Origin: a virus
Taxonomy: Duplodnaviria; Caudoviricetes
DNA length: 42,795 nt
Reading direction: 5' to 3' (one strand)
IMG/VR virus record: IMGVR_UViG_3300049924_000195
Coordinates: 1 to 42,795 of that record
Shown here in pieces: positions 15,775 to 25,027 of the stretch. Every line of letters starts with the position of its first letter. Position 1 is the first letter of the stretch. The translations under genes and the position numbers were made by a program. A model generated the notes under the pieces. That model saw nothing but the letters and a program-made list of their open reading frames with translations. It made no database searches and was not told the origin of the DNA.

Positions 15775-17733
15775 CTACCGACCGCCGCCGTAGAGGGCAT
15801 TTCTGTTGGCACGGTTCGGGGTATCGGCGACATACCCGGCCAGCAGCGCGTTGCGGATCACATCCGGCGGCAGGTGCGCGGCCTGCATGGCGCGTTGCGC
15901 TGCCCCCGAAACCCGGCCGGCGCCATAGGCCGCCTCGCCCATCAGGCGGGGTGACGTGAACGGCAGTGCTGCCAGAGCCAGTGGGTTCATGGCCGCGCCA
16001 CCGCCGGCAACGATCGTCATCGGACTAATGCGGGCAAGACCACGCGGGGCCAGCGTGTTTAGGGATTGGCCGGCCAAAGCAGCCGGCAGATCGGGTTGCT
16101 TCCGCGCCAACTCATCAAGCAGTTTTTCCCGTGCGCCATAGTTCGTATTGACGTTGTTGCGCATGGTCGATTGCAGTTTGCGCAATGTGGTGTCGGTCAT
16201 GGCCTTGTCGTTGATCGACATCGTCCGGCGCATTTCGGTGATGAGATCGGAGGCCCCCGAGTAGTCCTTCATCGCCTTGGCGTATTCGGGAACCTGCTTG
16301 ACGATTTCGACCTTGACCGCGTTGAATACCTGCTTCGCGAGGCGGTTTTCAAGTGTGCCCTGCTGAGTGCGCAGCATCACCTCGCCGACCGCGCGCTTCA
16401 GCGCATCGAAGCGTGCGGGCGTGGCCGGTGTCGGGATCGCGGCGAACTGATTGGTGATGTCCGTGATCTGGTCGACGACCTTGGCCGCCGCCGCATCGAT
16501 GGGCACACCGTGGAAATGGGCGTCGGCGTGCGCCTGCCTGATGGCGCCGTAAATCGGCGTGAAATCGACCGCGCCCTGTCCGCTTTTCACCCCTGCCATG
16601 TTGGCGGTATATTGTGCGGAGCGATCCCGTCCCATTTGGCCTACGGCGTTCTCCGCCATATCAACCACGTTGCCGACAGGAACCTGCCCGCGCATGTTCT
16701 CAGTAAACGCCGGGTTTGCCTCTTCACCCGCCCTGAATGCCTCGCGGAATGGCCGCGCGCCCGCTCCGGTGGCAACGCCAGCGGATTCGGCCAGGCTCCG
16801 CCCGGTCGCGGCAAGAACCCGCCCCGGCGCCGTCAGCGGATCGACCATGCCGCCGACCGCCGATGCGGTGCGCCCGACTTGCCCCACTACACCGGGCGCG
16901 CGTGCCGCCATACTGCCGCCGCCGGTCAGGATCATGGAAGCGTCCGCCGCCGCACCGACGGGGTCGGTGGCAAGTGTCTTTTTCAGCGCGGCCACGCTGC
17001 CGTAGCGGTCGGCGATGAATTGACCGGTATTGGCTGCGGTGGCGTCCATACGCTGCCGTGTTTCGGGCGTGTCGAGACTGTCGATCGCGTTGAACACCCG
17101 AGACGGCAGCACCTTCCGGGCACCTGCCCGCAGGGCGCCGCCAGCCACATCCGCGACGCTTGAGGCGGTATCGATCGGATGCACGACGGCGTGCGCCAGA
17201 GAACTGACGAAGTTCGCCGCGCTCGCTGGTGCATTCTTCAATGCCTGTCCTGGAACGTCGACCCACGCCATGGCCGGCGCGGGTTGGAACTCTGCCCACG
17301 GGTCTGCTTTCGCGCCAGCGGCGGGCGGCTGAGCAGTGGGTGCGGCCGGCCCGCCTCGCTGCCCGATTGGACCCGGGCGCTGCTGTGTCTGACTGGGCTG
17401 CCCCGGCACGGTCTCTGCCGCTGGCGGTGGTCCAAGAACAGTCGGCTCGGGCTGATCAAGATCGCTCATCGCCAACGGCGGCAGGCCAGTTGCGGCGCGG
17501 TATCTATTCAGACTGTCGAGATTCTGCGCCCTGACTGCCGGCCCGCGCTGCCTGTCCCGCGCCCATCGTTCCGCGAGCGCCATCGCGTTCGGCAGCGCGT
17601 CGCGCTCCGCGACCATCCGGCCATTGCTGTCGTATATGGTCGGCGTCGGGTCTGCCCTGATAGAGTACCCAGGCGCCAAAGGCGTCGCTTGCCTTGTGGT
17701 GATCGGCTGGAATTCTGCCCACGGGTCGGCCAT
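15775..17733 (-). CDS. DNA ejection/transfer protein (gp16-like position)
   Basis: Ala/Gly-rich helical 652 aa; ADPWAEFQP twice; position after gp10. Confidence 0.65.
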   Translation of the reverse strand: MADPWAEFQPITTRQATPLAPGYSIRADPTPTIYDSNGRMVAERDALPNAMALAERWARDRQRGPAVRAQNLDSLNRYRAATGLPPLAMSDLDQPEPTVLGPPPAAETVPGQPSQTQQRPGPIGQRGGPAAPTAQPPAAGAKADPWAEFQPAPAMAWVDVPGQALKNAPASAANFVSSLAHAVVHPIDTASSVADVAGGALRAGARKVLPSRVFNAIDSLDTPETRQRMDATAANTGQFIADRYGSVAALKKTLATDPVGAAADASMILTGGGSMAARAPGVVGQVGRTASAVGGMVDPLTAPGRVLAATGRSLAESAGVATGAGARPFREAFRAGEEANPAFTENMRGQVPVGNVVDMAENAVGQMGRDRSAQYTANMAGVKSGQGAVDFTPIYGAIRQAHADAHFHGVPIDAAAAKVVDQITDITNQFAAIPTPATPARFDALKRAVGEVMLRTQQGTLENRLAKQVFNAVKVEIVKQVPEYAKAMKDYSGASDLITEMRRTMSINDKAMTDTTLRKLQSTMRNNVNTNYGAREKLLDELARKQPDLPAALAGQSLNTLAPRGLARISPMTIVAGGGAAMNPLALAALPFTSPRLMGEAAYGAGRVSGAAQRAMQAAHLPPDVIRNALLAGYVADTPNRANRNALYGGGR

Positions 17734-17737
17734 CAGG

Positions 17738-19261
17738 TCACCTCAGCAGCAGACGGCCGTCGGGCGTCTTGAACACGGTACCCGGCGGCAATTTGCGGGC
17801 ATCTTCCGGGCTTGCGACCACGGGCGGGTCCGGGAACTTGGCGACCGGGCCGCCGGCAGACGCTGGCGCCGCATCGTTGAGGCTGCCTTGCACCTTCTGC
17901 GGCGCATCGATGTTTTTCAACCGCTCGATCGTCGCTTGCGCTTTCGGCGTCAGGCCGGGCAGTGTCGTCGCCGTCGTGCCCATGCCTTTTTGGTATTGCG
18001 TCATCATCGAGTCGATGCGGGATTCAAGCAGGTCGACCGCCTGCTTGACCACAGCGCGCAGTGCCGGCTTCGACTTCGCCGCGTCGATCTGGTGCTCCCA
18101 CATTTGCACCTCGGTCAAGCTGCCACCCGCGCCCTTGAAGGCGCGGGTCAGTTCCTCGATGACCGCATTTTTGTTGGTGTTGAAGTTGGCAAGCGAGGTC
18201 TGCATTTTCGTGTCGCCGCCCTGCTCGCCGATGAATTGGCGCGCTCTGTTGTACATCGGGTAATCGGTGTTATCCAAGGCTTCGACCGACCGCGCGAGCG
18301 AGTCGAGGTGCCCGATTGCGGTATTGAACGAAGTGATGTTCTGCGCTGCCTTGCCGCTGGTAAAATCTTTACGCGTCTGATTGCGCGAGTTGTAGTTCAC
18401 GGCGTCAAACGTTGGGTCGTACTGCGACACCATCTCGACCATTTTTTGCCAGTACGGTGTTTTGAGCGCGAACCCGCCGGGGAACGCTTGCTTGCCCTCG
18501 GCAATGCTGCGCACCTGCGTTGCGGTCGCCGGATCGAGCGTCTTTAAGAAGTCGTCGCCGGTCGGCACACCGACGCCTGGAGCAAGGTTGTTTGCCGCCT
18601 GCCCACCGACCTGGGTCGGAGCGCTGATGGTCTGTGTCCGGCGATCGACGAAGCCCCGGTTCGGCTGGCCGAAGCGGTCGGTGCCGGTGTTTTCGAACTG
18701 CGGCAGGGTTGCGTTTTCTAGCTGCGCCTTGCCCATCGCCGCCCTGGTCGGAATGTTGTCGACTTCGGCCTGCTTGAGTTTGATATCCGCCAGATGGGTC
18801 GCCGCCTGGTCGCGCACGAAGCTCAAGCCGTTGTTGTAGTCGGCTGGATCGACCCCGAATTTCTGCAGATTGGCGCCGTACTCGGGGTGTGAGCCGACCA
18901 TGCGCTGCCACGTCGACCGCATCAGTTGCGGGTCGTTGCTCTGCAACGCGCGATCGGCTGCCGCGCCGTGCATCTGCGCCATTTTCATGGTGCGCTCGAA
19001 CGACATGTTTTCTTGCGCGTTGGCCGCCGACTGGGCATGGATCGCGAGCCCGGCGAGGTCCGGTCGGTCCCCCGCCAAGGCCGTCGACATCGCGCCCTTG
19101 TAATCGCCGCCCGCCATCGCCTTGCCGGCGTCCTGCGCCACGCCGAACCGGCGCACGTTCTCGCTGCCCTGCCGATAGGCGTCGACGCCCTCATTCAGCG
19201 GCTGGAAATTCAGCAGCGCGTTGTTGATCTGGTAGGCGGGGAGTTGCATCAGCGGCGGCAT
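17738..19261 (-). CDS. DNA ejection/transfer protein (gp20-like position)
   Basis: Helical, ends LPPGTVFKTPDGR; start MPPLMQ at 19261. Confidence 0.65.
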   Translation of the reverse strand: MPPLMQLPAYQINNALLNFQPLNEGVDAYRQGSENVRRFGVAQDAGKAMAGGDYKGAMSTALAGDRPDLAGLAIHAQSAANAQENMSFERTMKMAQMHGAAADRALQSNDPQLMRSTWQRMVGSHPEYGANLQKFGVDPADYNNGLSFVRDQAATHLADIKLKQAEVDNIPTRAAMGKAQLENATLPQFENTGTDRFGQPNRGFVDRRTQTISAPTQVGGQAANNLAPGVGVPTGDDFLKTLDPATATQVRSIAEGKQAFPGGFALKTPYWQKMVEMVSQYDPTFDAVNYNSRNQTRKDFTSGKAAQNITSFNTAIGHLDSLARSVEALDNTDYPMYNRARQFIGEQGGDTKMQTSLANFNTNKNAVIEELTRAFKGAGGSLTEVQMWEHQIDAAKSKPALRAVVKQAVDLLESRIDSMMTQYQKGMGTTATTLPGLTPKAQATIERLKNIDAPQKVQGSLNDAAPASAGGPVAKFPDPPVVASPEDARKLPPGTVFKTPDGRLLLR

Positions 19262-19265
19262 GGCG

Positions 19266-19928
19266 TCACCCGAAGAGCTTGTTGATCGAGCCATAAGCGT
19301 TACTCGCCATCGACCCGCCCGGAGCCGGCGCGAACGCCTTCATTGCCAAGCCCGCAAGCCCCATCATGTTCTGCGGCCCGATGTTGCGTGAGGACGCCAT
19401 TGCGTTGCCGTAGTTGATGGCATTGCCGGCCATCTGCTGGCCGAATCCAGACTGAATGTCGCCGATGCCCTGCTGCAGCCCGGCCTGGGCGCCGGTTGCC
19501 TGCAAGCCCTGTTGGCCCTGGCCCTGCAGCCGTTGCAGGTAGTTGCCCCAATCCTGGGCGCCGCGCTCGGTCTGGGCTCTGGCCACCGCCAGCGAGGCAT
19601 TGCCCGAATTGCCCATGCCGCGCGCATTGTACTGCCGCATCAGGGCGTTGTTGGCGTACTGGGCGTTCTGGTCGCGGAACGGGTCCGACCCGGCATAGCC
19701 CGCCATCGCCGCTTTGTACGGCGCCTCGCCGTTGGCGCCGGTGGCATCGCCATAGAGCGCATTCGCCCGCCCGCCCTGCTCGGCGTAGGGGTTGAAGTAG
19801 CCTTTGGCCTGGCCGTAAGAGCCGATCGCCTCGGCCTTGCCGGTCGCCAGCGCCGAGGTCGCCTTGGCGTTGGCGGCTTCGATATCCTTGCGCTGATCGT
19901 TGCCGAAAAACGAGCCGAAAAAGCCCAT
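19266..19928 (-). CDS. DNA ejection protein (gp7-like)
   Basis: Gly/Ala/Gln-rich, FNPYAEQGGRA motif, position. Confidence 0.7.
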   Translation of the reverse strand: MGFFGSFFGNDQRKDIEAANAKATSALATGKAEAIGSYGQAKGYFNPYAEQGGRANALYGDATGANGEAPYKAAMAGYAGSDPFRDQNAQYANNALMRQYNARGMGNSGNASLAVARAQTERGAQDWGNYLQRLQGQGQQGLQATGAQAGLQQGIGDIQSGFGQQMAGNAINYGNAMASSRNIGPQNMMGLAGLAMKAFAPAPGGSMASNAYGSINKLFG

Positions 19929-19941
19929 CAGGGTCTATCCT

Positions 19942-20175
19942 TCATTTCGCAGCCCAACCGGTGTTTCCGGTGCCGGTTTCCTTGACGTAGAGCGTCACCC
20001 CGGCGCCGCCGTTGGTGTCGATGTAAAGCTGCCCCGGATCTGCCGTAACGACACCCTGAGGCGAGCCGGTGCCGCTGATGACCAGGCCATTCAGATTGGC
20101 CTCAATCTGCTTCATCACCCGGTGCTGATTGGGGTCGGCGAACGCCGCCGCCGGGATTGCGATCGGCGTTCTCAT
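19942..20175 (-). CDS. Small tail protein (gp26 position)
   Basis: GTGSPQGVVTADPGQLYID..LYVKETGTGNTGW tail-tip motif. Confidence 0.65.
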   Translation of the reverse strand: MRTPIAIPAAAFADPNQHRVMKQIEANLNGLVISGTGSPQGVVTADPGQLYIDTNGGAGVTLYVKETGTGNTGWAAK

Positions 20176-21683
20176 GCCGCGAGCTTATCGGCGTCGACGG
20201 CCGCACCCAGAAAGCCGCGCATCACGGCGGCAGAGCAGGAAATCTCGAACGTAATACCGTGCTGGCGGGTGGCGCCGATCCGGCGGAACACCACGCGGCG
20301 CAGCTTGTCGCCCATCTGCCCGAGCTTTGCGCGACGCTCCGCCGACCACGATTCGCCGCCGTCGAGCGAGGTGCGCAATATCACCTCGGGCTCGTAAGCC
20401 GAATAGTCGCCGAGGCCGTCATAGATCGTCTGCCCCCAAGTCAATGTTTCGCTACCCCAAGCCAGGATTTCAGACCCCCAGTAGAGATCAAACGCCGGCA
20501 GCTCGTAGACATTGCGGCCGACGCCGGGAATAATGTCGAGGTACAGCGCATTGATCTTGACCCGTTCGGGCCAGGCATGCACCGGCGGCGGCACGATTTT
20601 GCAGATCAGCGGGTTGTCGCCTTCGGTAAACACGTCGCGTTTCATGCGGTAAAGCGTGCCACCATTGTAGGCCCCGACCACCAGCTCTTTGCCGCTCTCG
20701 ACGATGCACGATGCAAGCCATCGCGTGTCGTTGTAGCTCTCGCGGTTGTGCCAAAACTGCGTAGTCAGATCGTAGACGTAGGAAAATGTCGCCCCCGATA
20801 GGCAATAGAAGGTGTGACCGTCGCGCGTCCAGGTGACCGCGATCGCCGTCGAAATGTCGGGCTCGGCCGCGATCGCGCGCTCGACCGCGTGTGTCGATAT
20901 CCTGACCGCCTGATAGCCGTTGAGTATTCTGACAGTCAGATCGGAGGCAACGAACACTATTGTTTGGTCGACTTGCGCGCATGCGGCGGAAGCCCCACAC
21001 CCGAGGTCGATCGCCTGGTTGCGCGCGAAAGCGAACGGGTCAGTTCCGGCATTGGCGAAAAACTCGACCGATCTGGTGCCGAACGCGACAAACTCGCGCT
21101 GCTTGACCATGCCGCGAATGGCCGGGTCGGGCGAACTCTCGGCTGAAGCGAACGCCAGCGGGTCGGCCGTGGTCGCGTCGTCCTCGTTGGTGTGGCTGAC
21201 CGAGCCGTCGTCGTGCGTGAAGATGAAAAATCCGTCGAGGAAGGCGACCGAATTCGCCCCCGACCTGATCGCAGACGAGTAATCCGTAGTCACGCCGGCC
21301 TCGATCACGACGTATTGCCCGTCCTGACTGCACACCCCGATCTGCGGCACCGGGCGGCGGTTGCGCGCCATGGTGACCGGCGCATCCGACGCAATGCCGC
21401 CGATTTCGATCTCCGTCGCACCGATGGCTGCCGGCTCGCATCGGTAGATCCGCCGGCCGCGCACTTTGTAGACCACGCCGTCAACGTCGATCATCGCCCG
21501 TGTGCCGTCAGTCGAGGACGACTCAGACAGGACCTCCAACCCGTCAGAAGCCCACACCTGTACCTTGGCCTTTTGCTCGTCGCCGGCAATCTCGGCGTAG
21601 CAGTTCGCCAGCAGCGCAGATCCGGCCGTCGGCGCGCGGCCGGGATTCGAGGTAAACCCGAGGCTGATCGGTTTCGGACTCAC
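20172..21683 (-). CDS. Tail hub / packaged DNA stabilization protein, P22 gp10-like
   Basis: SVAFLDGFFIF, FASAESSPD, FGTRSVEFF, YVYDLTTQFWH, LRTSLDGGESW. Confidence 0.88.
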   Translation of the reverse strand: MSPKPISLGFTSNPGRAPTAGSALLANCYAEIAGDEQKAKVQVWASDGLEVLSESSSTDGTRAMIDVDGVVYKVRGRRIYRCEPAAIGATEIEIGGIASDAPVTMARNRRPVPQIGVCSQDGQYVVIEAGVTTDYSSAIRSGANSVAFLDGFFIFTHDDGSVSHTNEDDATTADPLAFASAESSPDPAIRGMVKQREFVAFGTRSVEFFANAGTDPFAFARNQAIDLGCGASAACAQVDQTIVFVASDLTVRILNGYQAVRISTHAVERAIAAEPDISTAIAVTWTRDGHTFYCLSGATFSYVYDLTTQFWHNRESYNDTRWLASCIVESGKELVVGAYNGGTLYRMKRDVFTEGDNPLICKIVPPPVHAWPERVKINALYLDIIPGVGRNVYELPAFDLYWGSEILAWGSETLTWGQTIYDGLGDYSAYEPEVILRTSLDGGESWSAERRAKLGQMGDKLRRVVFRRIGATRQHGITFEISCSAAVMRGFLGAAVDADKLAA

Positions 21684-21732
21684 GACACTTCCTGAATGCC
21701 GAGGCGGGATTGCATGACTGCGAGTAGAGTGC

Positions 21733-24117
21733 TCATGCCGTCACCCCCTTGATCACATTGAACTGGATCACAGGCGCCTCGCTCAGCGAACCCGGCGTCA
21801 CATTGCGGATGTTGAGCGTTGCCGAGCCGGCCGCACACTGCGCGTTGAACGTGTAGGCGCCGAGCGTGCCTCCAGACACATGAGAGAATACAACCACGTC
21901 AGTTGCGGCTATGGTGGTGTTGGTCCAGGTCGCACTGACCGTGGTATCTGCAGCAAGCGCGGCACCATTGAGCGTGATTTGGCCGCTCAACTTTGACAGC
22001 GTGAAGGCTGTGGATTTGTTGGTCGCCTGCGTGACCGTGCCGCCGTCCCCCGTGACATAGCCAACAGCTGCGGCCGAGATATTGCCGGTGGCATCGGTTC
22101 TGAGCGTCCCTGACGCGTACTGATTTAGCTGCGCCACACCGGAGTTTTTGAACGTCGCCAACGCGCCGCCGCCGTTGTTGGAAATGATCGCATCGGGCGT
22201 TGCCGAGTTGGTGGCGCCGAAATAGACCGTGCCACCACCAGAATTGTATCTGGCGCCAACCGCAAAAGCTTCCGAGGCGGCATAGAAATACGTCCGGTTG
22301 CCGGAGAAAATATTGACTCCAGTCCAGGTATTGGCGCTGGCGAATTCCATTGCTGCGGTCTGCGTGGTCATGTCGCCGCCGAGCAGTCCGCCGCCCGATT
22401 TGATCAGGCCGACGTTGCCGCTCAACTTGATGTCGCTCGACCCGTTAAGCCCGGTCGTATAGACGCCCCACTCGCAATGGTTGGTGGCATCGGCCCCGTC
22501 CGCGAATAGCCCGCCGCCACCGCCGAGGCTGTTGTTTTGAACGCGAATGCTGCGCGATACGCCGGAGCCCGCCGCGCCGTAGATAGTTATTGCCGGGCCA
22601 TGCAGGATGCTGGTGAAATTCGAGTCCAAATTGAAATAATTGTAATTCGCGATGATGTTGTTAGCGATCATGCCGCCAATCGTGCCGGTCAGAAGAATCG
22701 GCGTTTTGACCTGATCGCGAAATGTGTTAGCGACGATATTGAGGAACGTCGTCGATGGGTTGGCCCCGCTGAACCCACTCGATATAGCGTTGCCGGTAAC
22801 GCCAGCACCGAAGAAGTTGTTGCTCTCAATATTGACGTTTATGGCATAGGTGCTGCTGTAGTCGAACCTAATTTGCGACTGCGTGCAACCGTCGAAATAG
22901 TTGTCGCCAATGCTCAGCCCAGCACATATCGTTTTGGCGTTGCACCACACACCGAAAATGCTTGGCCCGCCGATGTAGTTGGCAGTGATCGAGACGTATT
23001 CGCAGGTCTCGATCATGATGCCGTATTTTGATCCGGCATCTTCATTGGCGCTGTAAATCTGCCATTTGTCGGCCCAGGTTGCACCGATGCCAGGGCGTGT
23101 TCCGGCGGCCGACGTGTGCGCGCTGGAGCAGACATAGGTGACGCTGCCGCCGTCGGTCACCAAATCCTTGAGTGCATATGCTGTCGCGTCGGCCCATGCG
23201 CCTCGTGACGTAAACCCCGTCGTCGGGTAGCTTAGTTCGGTGCCGATATCCCAATACACGGGGCGCGCGCCGGTGCCGACACCGGAAATGTAATTCTTGT
23301 CGATGGTAATCCCGGTCGGAATGTCACCCAACACACCGAGCGCCAACGCGATATAGGCAACGCCCTCCTGCAATCCTGCACGCTTCGGGTCCCAGATACC
23401 GAGAAACAGGTTGCGCTCGATTGAAACCTGAACGCCGCCATCCAGGTAAATTGAATACCCCAAATAATGGAACCAGTTGTCGTGGATATAAACCCGCTGG
23501 CCGCTGTGCACATTGAGATGTTTCGTACCGGCAGTAACAGGGTTATCGAGTGTCGTGGTGGTGCCCGCTACATAGGTGTGCTGGTGAATGAACCAAATGC
23601 CGGCGATTTCGACATCCTGCGCCGACTGGCCAATGACAGCCGCGCCGACTTCCATGGTGTTGCCGTAGTCGGCCGTGCGCGTGAAAATCGTGCGGCCAAA
23701 CCCGGCGCCGATGATCGAGCATTTCGGGTAAAGCGTGAGTGTCGATGTCAAAAGAAACGTGCCTGCCGGCACGCTAACAACACCGCCGCCGATCGATGCC
23801 ACGTAATTGAGCGCGTTTTGAATAGCCGCCGACGCCGACGAAGCACCGGTTTTGTCGGCGTTATAATCCAACACCACATCAACCGGGATCGACAACACCG
23901 CCCTAGTCTGCAACCGCGTCCCATCGATCGCATTGGCTGTTACGCCAGTATTATTGATCTTGACGGTATTGGCGGCCATCTGCGGCTGCATGTTCGCCAC
24001 CGCTTGCGCCGGGTAGAGCGACGGCCTGGCCGCAGCCTGGCTATCGGCACCCATGATGAACGCAGTGCCGACGGCGATCGTGGTATCCTGCGGCTCGATC
24101 TTGAAATCGATGGTCAT
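21733..24117 (-). CDS. Tailspike with parallel beta-helix (pectate-lyase-3-like) depolymerase
   Basis: VLDYNADKTG..SAAIQNAL..GGGVVSVPAGTF and Asn-ladder repeats. Confidence 0.85.
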   Translation of the reverse strand: MTIDFKIEPQDTTIAVGTAFIMGADSQAAARPSLYPAQAVANMQPQMAANTVKINNTGVTANAIDGTRLQTRAVLSIPVDVVLDYNADKTGASSASAAIQNALNYVASIGGGVVSVPAGTFLLTSTLTLYPKCSIIGAGFGRTIFTRTADYGNTMEVGAAVIGQSAQDVEIAGIWFIHQHTYVAGTTTTLDNPVTAGTKHLNVHSGQRVYIHDNWFHYLGYSIYLDGGVQVSIERNLFLGIWDPKRAGLQEGVAYIALALGVLGDIPTGITIDKNYISGVGTGARPVYWDIGTELSYPTTGFTSRGAWADATAYALKDLVTDGGSVTYVCSSAHTSAAGTRPGIGATWADKWQIYSANEDAGSKYGIMIETCEYVSITANYIGGPSIFGVWCNAKTICAGLSIGDNYFDGCTQSQIRFDYSSTYAINVNIESNNFFGAGVTGNAISSGFSGANPSTTFLNIVANTFRDQVKTPILLTGTIGGMIANNIIANYNYFNLDSNFTSILHGPAITIYGAAGSGVSRSIRVQNNSLGGGGGLFADGADATNHCEWGVYTTGLNGSSDIKLSGNVGLIKSGGGLLGGDMTTQTAAMEFASANTWTGVNIFSGNRTYFYAASEAFAVGARYNSGGGTVYFGATNSATPDAIISNNGGGALATFKNSGVAQLNQYASGTLRTDATGNISAAAVGYVTGDGGTVTQATNKSTAFTLSKLSGQITLNGAALAADTTVSATWTNTTIAATDVVVFSHVSGGTLGAYTFNAQCAAGSATLNIRNVTPGSLSEAPVIQFNVIKGVTA

Positions 24118-24728
24118 AGCCCAAACCTTCTAATGCTTGGTGTGCGCACCAGGGCGGGGTCAAACGTCACCTCCGGCGACAGGACGAATTGCGCCTGCAG
24201 CGCCCGCCAGCCACTATCAGCGGTAACGACGATCTCTGCCGGCGGCGGTACCGAGAACGCCGACGACAGCCGCAGCGCCAGCATTGCAATGACGCCCTGG
24301 CGGTGCTGCGCCGTGGTCCGCGCCTTGCGCCACACCGTGCCGTCAAAAACCAGGAAATCACCCACCGACCAGGTGGCGAGATCATCAAGCGTCGTGGTCC
24401 CGGCAGTCGCCACCTTGTAGGTCGTGCCCTCGGTGCCGACGCTCGAGGCCAACGCCGGGACGTTGGTTGCGGCATTCCATGTGCCGGCATAACTCACGAC
24501 ATCCAGCGTATCGCCGTCGACCTCTTTCGGCGGCACAAAGAACGTGAACAGCGACGCCAGCGTGAACTCTTCGTGCAATACGTCAACGCCGTCGTTGGCC
24601 CAGCCGAATATCATATCGTTCAGCATGCGCAGGCCGGTTGCCGCGTCGTCGCCAGTCGCGGTTTCCCCGACGCCTGTATAAAGCAGGTCGGACAGCGCCG
24701 CCGATACGATCTCGCCGGCCGTGGTCAT
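24114..24728 (-). CDS. Head-to-tail adaptor, P22 gp4-like, with inserted beta domain
   Basis: TAGEIVSAAL..GLRMLNDMIFGW..LALRLS. Confidence 0.78.
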   Translation of the reverse strand: MTTAGEIVSAALSDLLYTGVGETATGDDAATGLRMLNDMIFGWANDGVDVLHEEFTLASLFTFFVPPKEVDGDTLDVVSYAGTWNAATNVPALASSVGTEGTTYKVATAGTTTLDDLATWSVGDFLVFDGTVWRKARTTAQHRQGVIAMLALRLSSAFSVPPPAEIVVTADSGWRALQAQFVLSPEVTFDPALVRTPSIRRFGL

Positions 24729-25027
24729 GCCGGGGTTTCATCCTTCGGCTTCGGTGGCCGCCCGCGCTTTTTCGGCGCTTCGCCCTCAACGGCCGGCTCA
24801 TCTGCCGCTTCCGGCTCAGTCATGACGACCGGAGGCGCCTCCGCCTTGGCGACCTTGGTCGGGCTATCCTCGTACCCTGCCGGCAGTCCTTCCCCGGCTG
24901 CAAGATGGAACAGCTTGGCGCCGTCCGCCCCATAGCCCCAGGTCGGTGTTTTGCCGGCGTTCGGGTCCGCCGCTTCCGGGGGCTGGACCATGCCAGCCCC
25001 CGCCCCGTTGATCAGTTCATTCGCCAT
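24725..25027 (-). CDS. Small protein downstream of coat
   Basis: TWGY..LPAGYEDSP..KKRGRPPK. Confidence 0.7.
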   Translation of the reverse strand: MANELINGAGAGMVQPPEAADPNAGKTPTWGYGADGAKLFHLAAGEGLPAGYEDSPTKVAKAEAPPVVMTEPEAADEPAVEGEAPKKRGRPPKPKDETPA

